Below are positions 22,101 to 31,821 of a DNA stretch of 64,000 nucleotides, one piece after another. This DNA is from Alphaproteobacteria bacterium (GTDB lineage Bacteria; Pseudomonadota; Alphaproteobacteria; UBA828). The position numbers and the translations under genes were made by a program. Numbering within the stretch: the first letter of the stretch is position 1; every line of letters starts with the position of its first letter. The notes below the pieces were generated by a model. That model worked only from the letters and a program-made list of their open reading frames with translations, ran no database searches and was not told where the DNA came from. The stretch is taken from assembly GCA_965237415.1 (NCBI GenBank), contig CBDEFM010000002.1:1632001-1696000 (forward strand). Reading direction: 5' to 3'.

Positions 22101-23750
22101 ATGACGATAAGACGAAAGTGCAACGCGGCCATGGCCGCAGTTGCCGCTGTGATATTCGGTTTGGGAGCGTGGGGCGGAGCGCCGGACGAAGCCCGAGCGG
22201 CGAAGGATACCCTCGTTATCGCTATTCCGGGTTTACCGCAGGGTGTAGATCTGGACAGGCATATCGGCCCGCAGACTTGGACGATGGGCGCGCAGCTCTT
22301 CGCCCTCGGAATGGAGTGGGAGTACGGACCGTATCCCTACAGCACGGGCGCCTATTTCGATCCGGACAAGATACCGGGGTTCGCCTACCCGATTGGCTAT
22401 ACGAACCGGAACATGCAACCCGGTATCATGAATGCTTGTGATACTTCGGAGGATGGAAAGACTGTCACCTATCACATTCGCCCGGGCGTCGTGTCTGTTT
22501 GGGGAAATGAGTTCACTGCCGATGACGTGATGTGGCGGATCGAACGGGAACGTGCGGTGCCTGTGATCTATGCGCTCATCAGCAGGCTCTTCAACATGCA
22601 CGAGGCGAGCTACGAAAAAATCGACAAGTATACCGTCAAGATCACCAACGAGACGGCAATGCCATTGGCCTGCCCGGGCCTGACCAATTTCTATCAGACT
22701 TGGCACGATTCGACCGAAGTTATGAAGCACGCCACCGAGGAAGATCCCCTTGCCAGCGGGTGGACAGCGACCAACGGCGGCGGCTTTGGTGCCTATCGCG
22801 TGACGGCGTGGGAAGCGGGCAAGCGGGTGGTGATGGAAGCAAATCCGAACTTCTGGCGCGGCGAGCCCAAGATCAAGCGCATCATCTATCTGGCCGTGCC
22901 GGAATCCACGGGGCGCCTGACACTTCTCAAAGCCGGCAAGGTGGACATGGCCGAAGGCTTGTCACCCGACGAGGTCATGTCGCTTCAGGGCGAAGATGCT
23001 GCTCAGGGCGTCGCGGTGCGCGGCAATAGGCAAATGTGGCTCATCCTCAACAATTTGACGAAGCCGTTCGACGATGTGCGGGTGCGTCAGGCGATTAACT
23101 ATGCGATGCCCCGGGAGGACATCGTCAACAGCGTCTATCGCGGCATGGGGGCGCCGTGGCATGGCGTCATCTCGAGTGTAACGCCGGGATACGAGAACCT
23201 GAAACCCTACACGTTCGATCTCGAGAAAGCGCGCCAGCTCATTTCCGACGCCGGCTATGGCGACGGTTTCGAAGCCGAACTTGCATATAGTGCCGGCGAG
23301 CCGGAAATGGAGAATCTCGCCATTATTCTGCAAACCTCGATGGCAAAAATCGGCGGCAAATTGGAGTTGAAGCGGCTACCCGTCGCTGCGCATTCGGACT
23401 TGGTGCAAACCCGAAAGGCGCAAATGGCGTTCTGGATCGACAGCCCGATCCAGCCGGACGTCAACTACGTGGTCAACCTCGTTTACACCTCGGGCCCTTT
23501 GTCGCTGGTCAACTACTCCAATTTTGAGGACCCCATGGTTGACGAGCTTATCGAAACCGGCGCAGGCATTGTAGACGCCGAGCAGCGCCTTGAGCACCAC
23601 AAAGGTGTCCAGCAGCGAATACAAGAACAATCCGCATTCGGCTGGACAGTGGAGCCGTATTTCCGTATCGGGCTTTCCAGCAATCTAAAGGGCTGGCGCT
23701 GGTATACGGCGCAATACTACAAGCTTCACGAAGTGGAATTCGTGGAATAG
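22101..23750 (+). CDS. Family 5 ABC solute-binding protein (orphan)
   Basis: Signal peptide, FTADDV, PFDDVRVRQAINYA; no adjacent permeases. Confidence 0.88.
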   Translation: MTIRRKCNAAMAAVAAVIFGLGAWGGAPDEARAAKDTLVIAIPGLPQGVDLDRHIGPQTWTMGAQLFALGMEWEYGPYPYSTGAYFDPDKIPGFAYPIGYTNRNMQPGIMNACDTSEDGKTVTYHIRPGVVSVWGNEFTADDVMWRIERERAVPVIYALISRLFNMHEASYEKIDKYTVKITNETAMPLACPGLTNFYQTWHDSTEVMKHATEEDPLASGWTATNGGGFGAYRVTAWEAGKRVVMEANPNFWRGEPKIKRIIYLAVPESTGRLTLLKAGKVDMAEGLSPDEVMSLQGEDAAQGVAVRGNRQMWLILNNLTKPFDDVRVRQAINYAMPREDIVNSVYRGMGAPWHGVISSVTPGYENLKPYTFDLEKARQLISDAGYGDGFEAELAYSAGEPEMENLAIILQTSMAKIGGKLELKRLPVAAHSDLVQTRKAQMAFWIDSPIQPDVNYVVNLVYTSGPLSLVNYSNFEDPMVDELIETGAGIVDAEQRLEHHKGVQQRIQEQSAFGWTVEPYFRIGLSSNLKGWRWYTAQYYKLHEVEFVE

Positions 23751-23963
23751 CCCAAGCAGGAAAACGATACGAGTGACGGCTCGTGGCAGCCTCGTTCGTA
23801 TGACCGGCATGGCTGCACGGGCGGCCATGGGTGAGACGAATATCGAGGGGGCCCGAAGAGGCACGAGAATGGAGGGTGGGCATGAACGTGCCCACCCTCG
23901 GCTCCTGGTTCGCGGCCGGTGCACCTGCGAAGCGTAAGCTCCGCTGCCGCGAGCGACTAAGAG

Positions 23964-25151
23964 CTATCCCCAGAGCCGCTCGGTTGCGAGCGCGGCGCCG
24001 TCTGCGAGCATGCGGAGCTTCGCCCACACCACGTCCTCGGCAACGAACTGGTAGCCGGCGAAGGTGCTGAATCCGCAGTCCGTGCCGGCGATCACGCGCC
24101 GCTTGTCGCCCATCACCTCGGCATAGAGGCAGATGCGGTCAGCGACCACCTCGGGGTGCTCCAGATAGTTGGTGGTCACGTCGATCACGCCCGGGATCAG
24201 GACCATGGGCTCTGGCGGCGGGTTCGCCTTGATCGCCTTCCACTCGTGCTGGTGGCGCGGGTTGGCACAGGCGATGCTGAGCGCGCCGACCTTGGCCTCG
24301 TAGATCAGCGGCAGCAACGGCGCCAAGTCGCAGTCGTCGATATGGGGGCCGTCCCAATTGCCGAAGCAGACGTGGAGCCGCACCTTCTCCGCCGGGATGT
24401 CGGCAAGGGCCACGTTGAGCGCCCGGATGTGGAGCGCGACCCGCTCCAGGAAGTCGTCGAACGGCCGGTCCTGGAACATGAACTGGCGCTCCATGGCGAG
24501 GTCGGGAGCGTCGATCTGTAGCAGATGGCCTGAGGCGACAATGCGGTCGTACTCCTTCTTGAGCTCGTGCCCGAGCGCCATGACGTAATCCTCGTCGCGC
24601 GGATAGTCGGGATTGTCGTCGGCGCGCAACATGGTCGTGGAGACGATGCCGGGCGAGGCGGCGGTCATGAAGGTCTCCGCGAAGCCGCTGCCTGCGCGTT
24701 CGAGCGAGGCTGCGAACTGTGCGATCTCGAAGCTCAGGTCCGCCAGGTCGGGTTCGTAGACGACGGCGGTCTCGGCTTGTGGGGCGTTGAAGACCTTCGG
24801 CCGGTCCTTGTCCCCGCTCCAGCTTCGCTCCGTGAACATCGCCGCGTAGCCCGGAAACTTGACCATGTCGGTGAGCATCTTGCGCTGGGATTCGCCGCCG
24901 AAGCCGGACATGCGCTGCGGCACGTAGGTCTGGAAGCCGACGCGGGATTCCTCGCCGTCATTGCCGATGTCGACGCCGCTCTCGATCTGTTTGTCGACGA
25001 CCCAGTTGATCGCCGCTGCGACCTCGCGTTCGAACGCGGCCTGATCGATCGTCCGTCCGTGCTCGCGTTGGATCAGCAGTTCCTCGAGCGCCGGCGGCCG
25101 CGGCAGACTGCCGACGTGGGTTGTCAGCACCCGGTCTTCGCTGGTCAACAT
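23964..25151 (-). CDS. Cobalamin-independent methionine synthase II family protein (Zn thiol alkyltransferase)
   Basis: TTHVGSLPRP, QIDAPD, HVCFGN (HxC), GTDCGF. Confidence 0.9.
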   Translation of the reverse strand: MLTSEDRVLTTHVGSLPRPPALEELLIQREHGRTIDQAAFEREVAAAINWVVDKQIESGVDIGNDGEESRVGFQTYVPQRMSGFGGESQRKMLTDMVKFPGYAAMFTERSWSGDKDRPKVFNAPQAETAVVYEPDLADLSFEIAQFAASLERAGSGFAETFMTAASPGIVSTTMLRADDNPDYPRDEDYVMALGHELKKEYDRIVASGHLLQIDAPDLAMERQFMFQDRPFDDFLERVALHIRALNVALADIPAEKVRLHVCFGNWDGPHIDDCDLAPLLPLIYEAKVGALSIACANPRHQHEWKAIKANPPPEPMVLIPGVIDVTTNYLEHPEVVADRICLYAEVMGDKRRVIAGTDCGFSTFAGYQFVAEDVVWAKLRMLADGAALATERLWG

Positions 25152-25859
25152 GGGGGCGGCCTCCCGATATTTCCGTGTCGTCGGATGAGTGTCGCGTGCG
25201 GTTCGCGGAGACGCAACCAGTGCATTCTGCCCACGTGGCCGCGCGCGCTCTCTCTCAAGAGAACCCCTTCAGGGGTGCGCGCGGAGGTTGCGTTGCCCCG
25301 CGCGCGGGGCCCGTCCGTAAACTACGCAGACAAGCTACCGCCGAAGCCCGTGGTACATTTTTGCGCCGCCTCGCCGGCGGATGCGGCCTATCCTTGCAGG
25401 TCGAGCCGCGCGTGGATCTCAACACCTTGGTGCCGCGCTCAAATATCGACGACGAATGCGTCGCGGCCATCACCGGACAACGGAACGGTCATTCCCATAC
25501 CGGCCCAACCGAACCGTTACGGGATTAATTTGACAAGGACGCGCAGGCATTTGATTGAATCCTCTTGCGCTTTGATTACAGGGCTGTGACATGACAATTT
25601 GCGGGATTGGGACAAAAGAGAAATATGGCGCCAGAACAGCGAGTTATAAGTCGTCTAGGGTTGGACTACTGGGTGCGGTGTTAGAACTGGTGAGAATTCC
25701 GGGCTAAGTGGGATTCTGCGCAGCAGGTGGCCGTGTTGCGGCACGCGACCGTGATGAAATTCGCGCGCTATTCCGCCCGCCGTGGCTCGCATGCTCTCGC
25801 TCTGCATGGCGCGACGATGGCGCGGGTGCCGCACGCCGCCCACCGCACCATGGTCCGGG

Positions 25860-26687
25860 CTAAGACCGCAGAAAAGCCGTCACGGTCTCGACGAATTTTT
25901 GGGGGTGCTCCACCTCGGGCAGGTGGCCGCAGTCCTCGAACACGCTGAGCGCCGCGCCGGGAACGCGCCCATAATTCTTCTCGATCACCTCGATCGGGGC
26001 GCGGATGTCCTGCCGGCCGCTGAGGAAGAGCGTCGGCACGTCGATGGTCTCGGGCCGCATGCGCACCGCCTCGTCGTCCACATGGTCGATCATGCTCTGG
26101 CCGTAGGCGAGGTAGGAGGAAAGCCGGTCGGGCTGGGCGTAGACCGTGACCTGCATCAGCGCAATATCGGCGGGCGAGCGCGCCGGGTCGTGGCAGATTC
26201 GGCCCATGCGGTCGATGCAGGATTGCCAGGTCACGTCCGTCATCGCCGTGGTGCCGTTCGCCATGGTCGCCCGGATCGTCTCCGGTGGCAGCTTGCCGGA
26301 ATCGGAGACCGGCGTGTGCAGGCCGTCGATGATCAGCGCCGAGATGCGCTCGGGCCGCGCGGCATAGAGCAGCGGCGCCAGCAGGCCGCCGAGCGAGCTG
26401 CCGAGCACGCCGCAGCGCTCGATCCCCACCGCGTCCATGAAGCCTTCGAGGTGGCGTGTCATCACAAGCGGCGCGGCGTCCGCGCCCGGGTCCTTGAAGT
26501 CGGTGAAGCCGTGGCCGAGGATGTCCGGCGCGTACACTGAGAAGTGCGCCGCCAGCGGGTCGAGCACATGCGCCCAGATGTCGGCGCTCAGCCCGAAGCC
26601 GTGGATGAGCAGAAGGGTCTCGCCCTTATCGCCTTCATAAAGATACCTCGTGCGGGTACCGTCGATATCGATGAACGCTGCGCGCAA
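25860..26687 (-). CDS. Alpha/beta hydrolase (meta-cleavage product hydrolase-like)
   Basis: LLIHGFG, GSSLGG, GRQD, CGHLP. Confidence 0.85.
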   Translation of the reverse strand: MRAAFIDIDGTRTRYLYEGDKGETLLLIHGFGLSADIWAHVLDPLAAHFSVYAPDILGHGFTDFKDPGADAAPLVMTRHLEGFMDAVGIERCGVLGSSLGGLLAPLLYAARPERISALIIDGLHTPVSDSGKLPPETIRATMANGTTAMTDVTWQSCIDRMGRICHDPARSPADIALMQVTVYAQPDRLSSYLAYGQSMIDHVDDEAVRMRPETIDVPTLFLSGRQDIRAPIEVIEKNYGRVPGAALSVFEDCGHLPEVEHPQKFVETVTAFLRS

Positions 26688-26755
26688 TGTCTGCTCCCTT
26701 GGCTGGCGGCCGAGGGTAGCATGGGGCGCCGCTCTCGACGGAACAGGAGAACGAC

Positions 26756-27619
26756 ATGGAGCGCATTCCGGTACAGGTGGACGGCCACAGCGTCACCGCC
26801 TTCAGCAAGGGCACGGGCGACGACGTGATTCTGGTGGTCCACGGCGGGCCGGGCGTGCCATCGAATTACGTGCGCGACGCCCATCTCTGCTACGCCGACC
26901 AGGGGTTCCGGGTGGTCTCGTGGGATCAGCTCGGCTGCGGCGAGTCCGACCGGCCGGACGACGATTCGCTCTGGACCGTCGAGCGCTACGTGGACGAGAT
27001 GGAGACGGTGCGCAGCACGCTCGGCCTCGGCCGCGTCGCCGTGGTCGGCAACTCATGGGGCGGGATGCTCGGCCTCGAATACTGCCTCGCCTACCCCGAC
27101 AACGTGAAATGCTTCGTCTCCAGCAGCATCGCCTACGACTTCCGCGAGGTTCAGCAGGGCTTCGTCCGCTGCAAGCAGAACCTCGGCGACGAGACGGTGA
27201 GGATGATGGCGCGCCGCGAATCCGAAGGCACCACCGAACACCCGGAGTACCAGGCGGCCCAGACGATCCTGCTCCACCGGCACATGTGCCGGATGGAGAC
27301 CTGGCCCGAGCCGGTTCAAAAATCCCTCGACGATGTCGGGCTCGGCCCACTCCAGCGCATGTTCGGGCCGCACCTCTTCAACTGCACCGGCACGCTCCGC
27401 TGGTACGACCGTGTGGGCGACCTGCATCGGGTGACGACGCCGGTGCTGGTCGTAGCCAGCGAGCACGACTACGTCCTGCCGGAGCTCTGCGCCGTCTCCT
27501 GCCAGTACCTCCCGAACTCGGAGTACGCGTTCTTCCCCGGCTGCGCCCACATGCCGTTCTGGGAAAACCCGGAGGGCTACCACGCCGCCGTCGGCCCCTT
27601 CCTCGACAAGTACCGGTAG
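26756..27619 (+). CDS. Proline iminopeptidase-family alpha/beta hydrolase
   Basis: HGGPG, DQLGCGESD, GNSWGG, HMPFWE. Confidence 0.88.
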   Translation: MERIPVQVDGHSVTAFSKGTGDDVILVVHGGPGVPSNYVRDAHLCYADQGFRVVSWDQLGCGESDRPDDDSLWTVERYVDEMETVRSTLGLGRVAVVGNSWGGMLGLEYCLAYPDNVKCFVSSSIAYDFREVQQGFVRCKQNLGDETVRMMARRESEGTTEHPEYQAAQTILLHRHMCRMETWPEPVQKSLDDVGLGPLQRMFGPHLFNCTGTLRWYDRVGDLHRVTTPVLVVASEHDYVLPELCAVSCQYLPNSEYAFFPGCAHMPFWENPEGYHAAVGPFLDKYR

Positions 27620-27720
27620 GCTCCGCTCTTGATGGGTGGGAAATAACGGCGCAGGCCACGAGCGACGACGGTATCCGAAGCCACCGCCTGTGTAACGAGT
27701 CACGGCACTGCGTCCGCCTC

Positions 27721-28833
27721 TCAGAACAGGGCTGGTCGAAATCTGAGTCTCAACGGTCCATCCGGGTATGTTCCACGTCTTCGTCGGGCCGGAGGATCGA
27801 TTACTTCGATTGTCGGAGGCTCGGCGAGTTCAAGTTTTTTCAGGACGCGCTTATAGTGTGTCTCCCGAAACGCCGTTTCTGCCACCACGAAGTGCTCAAT
27901 CTCTTCAACCGAAGCGTCGCGTCCTCCAAAATGCGCGAGCAACTGCCGTTCCAGCAGGTCGAATCGAGGCTCGTTTCCGAATAGCACTGCTTGGTTGGGG
28001 TCAGTGGCGTCCGAAAAACTGAACTCGCCCCCCTGATCGACCCTCCACATGGCATCCTTCATTCTACTGAGACCGAGGATGCTGTTGGTCGCATAAAACA
28101 GGTAATAGTCTACTCTATCTCTATTGTTTCTCATCTCGAACGAACGCACATACTTGGCGCCCACGCCATCTCGCAATTGCCGATAATATAGGTCGTGAAG
28201 GAAACGTTTACGGATTCGCGGCTCGGCAAGTCGGCGCCCTTCCCGCCGCTCCTGCGTGCCGAAAAATGCGTCGAAATGCTTTTCCTGATCGGGGAGGTTG
28301 AGGAAACGGTTGATCTCTTCGTACATGAAGTTGACCAGGACTTCACAACTCGGGTGTCTCAAAATTTCACGAACAATTAATAATTGAACGTCACTCCACC
28401 CGAAAGGGTCGATGAATGCGAAAGTTGGTGGCAGAGGGAGACCCGCATTCTTGTAAGAATCCAAAACTTTGCCGAACGCTGTCTCGAAGCTCTCGTCGCC
28501 ATACAATTCTAGTTGAAAATTATCGGGCAGGCCTAAGCTGGCGATAATCTCGCTGAGCACGTCGGCGCGATCTTTTCTCTCCTCGACGAATACGAATCGA
28601 ATCCTCGCCCTGACGTGAGCTGGTTGATGAAGTGCTATGCGAAGCGCGATTATCGGAGAGCCGTCCTCCCCTTTCGAATACCGCCCTGGTCCAGCGAATC
28701 CGTCCACGTACATAACCTCGGGAAAGCCCCGCGCCATGATTGGCGTCCAGGCCTGAAGATATCGTCGCAAAATCTCGTGCTTTGCCCGCGTGTGCGGGTC
28801 GAGATCCCAAACGGTCTCTTTGGGCGCCGCCAT
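27721..28833 (-). CDS. tcmP: Three-Cys-motif partner protein TcmP (SAM-binding fold)
   Basis: HTRAKHEILRRYL, YVDGFAGPG, FAFIDPFG, YYLFYATNS. Confidence 0.85.
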   Translation of the reverse strand: MAAPKETVWDLDPHTRAKHEILRRYLQAWTPIMARGFPEVMYVDGFAGPGRYSKGEDGSPIIALRIALHQPAHVRARIRFVFVEERKDRADVLSEIIASLGLPDNFQLELYGDESFETAFGKVLDSYKNAGLPLPPTFAFIDPFGWSDVQLLIVREILRHPSCEVLVNFMYEEINRFLNLPDQEKHFDAFFGTQERREGRRLAEPRIRKRFLHDLYYRQLRDGVGAKYVRSFEMRNNRDRVDYYLFYATNSILGLSRMKDAMWRVDQGGEFSFSDATDPNQAVLFGNEPRFDLLERQLLAHFGGRDASVEEIEHFVVAETAFRETHYKRVLKKLELAEPPTIEVIDPPARRRRGTYPDGPLRLRFRPALF

Positions 28834-28868
28834 TGCAAATGCTTTACTTGTTGCTCCGACGCCGCTTT

Positions 28869-29636
28869 CTAGACCGCCACCATCCCGCGAGGCCGTTCAG
28901 GGGTCGCAGCAATCGGCACGCTCGGCCACTGGTTCCACTCCCGACCGTCCAGTGATCGGCCGCCGGCCTTGGGAGTACGGCCGCCCCATTGCTTGAAGAA
29001 GAACGGGACCCTGTGAGCTACGCAATGATTCCTGATTTGGCGGACCCAGTCTGGATGCATTGGCCGCGCTCCTGGGCCGCTCTCGCCGCCCACGATGGTC
29101 CAATGGATGCCGTTGAGATCGAGTTGATCGACCGGCCCGATAAGGGGCTCCAACGACAGGAAGCGCACCCGCGCTGCCGTGTCTCCCAGGTGCCGGACTC
29201 TCGACAACTTGGTGCCATCCTCAACCGAGACCCCCATCCATATATGGGCCGGCGCAGGTCGATCGGCGTAGCGGGCGTTGACATACGCGCGTAGGCGAGA
29301 ACTGCGCTTGGTGAGAACCTGAAACACGTGCCAGTCGGCGCTCTCCATGGTTTCGAACACGGCATCGACGAACGCGCGTGGCACGGCCTTGTGAAACAGA
29401 TCGCTCATCGAATTGACGAAGATCATTCGCGGCCGACGCCAAGCCATCGGCTGGCTCAACCGCTTCGGCCGCAGCGTGAGATCGAAGCCTCGCTCGAACG
29501 GGTGGTCTTTCACTCCGCGAAAACGCTCGGCGAACCGTTCGGCATAGCAGCGGTCGCAACCGGCGCTGATCTTGGTGCACCCCGTCACTGGGTTCCAGGT
29601 CGCGTCGGTCCACTCGATTGCCGTGCTATCGGCCAT
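28869..29636 (-). CDS. DUF5131 / phage Gp37-Gp68 family protein (CX6CX2C, radical-SAM-like)
   Basis: IEWTDATWNPVTGCTKISAGCDRCYA, FVNSMSDLFH, LTKR, GGESG, FFFKQWGG. Confidence 0.92.
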   Translation of the reverse strand: MADSTAIEWTDATWNPVTGCTKISAGCDRCYAERFAERFRGVKDHPFERGFDLTLRPKRLSQPMAWRRPRMIFVNSMSDLFHKAVPRAFVDAVFETMESADWHVFQVLTKRSSRLRAYVNARYADRPAPAHIWMGVSVEDGTKLSRVRHLGDTAARVRFLSLEPLIGPVDQLDLNGIHWTIVGGESGPGARPMHPDWVRQIRNHCVAHRVPFFFKQWGGRTPKAGGRSLDGREWNQWPSVPIAATPERPRGMVAV

Positions 29637-29642
29637 GACTCT

Positions 29643-29671
29643 ATCCTAGAACATAACAAGAACAACAGCAA
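29643..29671 (-). promoter_or_regulatory. Sigma70-type promoter with an alphaproteobacterial LexA box (29649-29663)
   Basis: Minus strand TTGCTG-N17-TAGGAT; spacer contains GTTC-TTGTTAT-GTTC; ATG 6 nt after the -10. Confidence 0.75.
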
Positions 29672-29709
29672 CTGCTACCGCGACAAGCTCGTTCGCTAGG
29701 CCGCCTACC

Positions 29710-30882
29710 TCAGTACCCGCGTGCCATGCCGAGGTCGTGCACGGCGATGTAGTTGAGGATCATCTCCTCCGAGACCGGCGCGAAGCGGAAGAGGCGCGCG
29801 TCGCGCCAGAGCCGCTCCAGGTGCGTCTCCTTGGCATAGCCCATGCCGCCCATGGTCTGCATCGCGCGCTCGATGCCCTCGGCGGCGGCTTGCGCGGCGA
29901 TGAGCTTGGCCATGTTGGCTTGCGAGCCGTAAGGCATGCCCGCATCGTGCAGGGCGGCCGCCTTGTGGTTCATCACCGCAGCGCACTCGATCTCCGCCTT
30001 CGCCTGGGCCAGCGGAAACTGCAGGCCCTGATAGGAGGAGATCGGCCGCTCGCCGAAGATGCGGCGATCGTTGGCGTAGTCGATCGCGAGGCCTAACGCG
30101 AGCCGCACCGTGCCGACGAGGCCAGCGGTGGTGACGATGCGCTCGGTGTTGAGCACGTCCAGCAGCGCCGCCCAGCCGCCGTGCAGCGTGCCGACCAGCT
30201 CGTCGCCCGCGACCGGCGTGTCCTCGAAATAGACGTTGCTCGCCGGCACGCAATGGGTGCCCGCCTTCTCGATGGTGGAGTGCGTCAGCCCTTCGCGCTC
30301 GACATCGATGAGGAAGAGCGAGATGCCGTCGGTGCGGCGCTGCGAGTCCTCGACCTTCTTGGTGCGGGCGACGACCAGCATCTTGTCCGCCGTCGGCACC
30401 GCCGAGATCCAGATCTTCCGCCCGTTGAGCCGCCAGCCGTTGCCGTGAGCCGCGGCGAAGGTGCGAAGCGCCAGGCTGTTGGTGCCGGCGTCGGGCTCGG
30501 TGAGCGCCATGCAGCACTCGATGTCGCCCGCGATGAGTGGCGGCAGCAGGTCGCGGCGCATGGCCTCCGAGCCGTAGCGCGCAATGGCAACGCCGCCGAA
30601 GATCGGGTTCACCATGAAGATCTGGGCGAGGGTCGCGCCCGCGCCGGATTCGCAGAGCGCCTCGATCACCAGCGCCTGATCGAGCATGCCGAGCCCGGCG
30701 CCGCCGTACTCCTCGGGCAGCGCGATGCCGCCGAAGCCCGCGTCGCAGATCGCCTGCCACATCTCGCTCGGGTAGGCGCCCCGCTCATCCAGCGCGCGCC
30801 AATAATCAAGGCCGTACGCGGCACCGATGCGCCGCGCCGTCTCGAGCATCAGCGCCTGTTCTTCGGTGAGCTGGACCTCCAC
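29710..30882 (-). CDS. Acyl-CoA dehydrogenase
   Basis: PEEYGGAG, ALTEPDAG, NGRKIWIS, LNTERI, MGGMGY. Confidence 0.93.
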   Translation of the reverse strand: MEVQLTEEQALMLETARRIGAAYGLDYWRALDERGAYPSEMWQAICDAGFGGIALPEEYGGAGLGMLDQALVIEALCESGAGATLAQIFMVNPIFGGVAIARYGSEAMRRDLLPPLIAGDIECCMALTEPDAGTNSLALRTFAAAHGNGWRLNGRKIWISAVPTADKMLVVARTKKVEDSQRRTDGISLFLIDVEREGLTHSTIEKAGTHCVPASNVYFEDTPVAGDELVGTLHGGWAALLDVLNTERIVTTAGLVGTVRLALGLAIDYANDRRIFGERPISSYQGLQFPLAQAKAEIECAAVMNHKAAALHDAGMPYGSQANMAKLIAAQAAAEGIERAMQTMGGMGYAKETHLERLWRDARLFRFAPVSEEMILNYIAVHDLGMARGY

Positions 30883-30885
30883 GGC

Positions 30886-31668
30886 TCAGGCGCCCTTGAA
30901 CCGGGCCTCGCGCTTCTCGAGGAACGCGCGGCAGCCCTCGTGCGCGTCCTCGCTGTCGAGCACCAGCGAGATCATGGCCTGCTCGTGGGCGAGCGCCGCC
31001 GGCAGCGGCATGTCGGCGCCGGCGTCGATGGTGCGCTTGAGATAGCGGAGCGCGAGCGGCGACTTGCTCGCGATCGTCTCGGCAAGGGCCAGCGCCTCGT
31101 CCATCAACGCCTCGGGCGCGACGACGCGGTTGGCGAGGCCGAGCGCCACCGCCTCCTCCGCCCCGATCGGCACACCGGTGAACATCAGCTCCTTGGCCCG
31201 GCAGAGAGGAATCTGGCGGATCAGGCGTTGCGTGCCGCCGGCACCGGGGAAGAGCCCGAGATTGATCTCGGGCACGCCGATCTTCGCCTTCGCCGAGAGC
31301 AGCCTGATGTCGGTGGACAGCATCAGCTCCGCACCGCCGCCGAGGGCGAAGCCGTTGACGGCAGCGATGGTCGGCTTGTCCAGGGTCTCGATCCGACGGA
31401 ACAGCCGGTGAATGTGCTCGGCGAACTCCTCGTAATGGGCAAGGCCCTGGCGCGAGTCGAGATCGGCGATATCGCCGCCGGCGACGAACGCGCGGCCCGC
31501 GCCGGTGAACAGCACGACCCGCACTGCCGGATCGCCTTCCACCTGGCTCACGGCGTCGTCGAGGGCTAGGCAGGTCGGCAGGTCGAGCGCGTTCAGCCGC
31601 TCCGGCCGATTGATCGTGATGACCCCTGCCCGGCCCGCGGTCTCGACCAGCACGGCGCTCTCGCTCAT
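30886..31668 (-). CDS. Enoyl-CoA hydratase/isomerase
   Basis: NRPERLNAL, FVAGGDI, GGGAEL, PEINLG (both catalytic Glu present). Confidence 0.93.
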   Translation of the reverse strand: MSESAVLVETAGRAGVITINRPERLNALDLPTCLALDDAVSQVEGDPAVRVVLFTGAGRAFVAGGDIADLDSRQGLAHYEEFAEHIHRLFRRIETLDKPTIAAVNGFALGGGAELMLSTDIRLLSAKAKIGVPEINLGLFPGAGGTQRLIRQIPLCRAKELMFTGVPIGAEEAVALGLANRVVAPEALMDEALALAETIASKSPLALRYLKRTIDAGADMPLPAALAHEQAMISLVLDSEDAHEGCRAFLEKREARFKGA

Positions 31669-31821
31669 GCCCTTCTCCTTGCTCTTTGCATATCCCTCAG
31701 GCGCCGGGCGCTCGCTCCGCTCGATCGTGCGCCCCGCGCGCGTGGACGCGCGACGCTACGCGCCAACGAAGCGCGGCGCAGTCGCGCCGTCCGGGCCTCC
31801 GGCCCGGTTCCTCCCGGTGCG

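Noticed and set aside
25152-25560. SAM/cobalamin riboswitch ahead of the MetE-like gene
   Set aside because: No recognisable consensus; an Rfam scan would be needed
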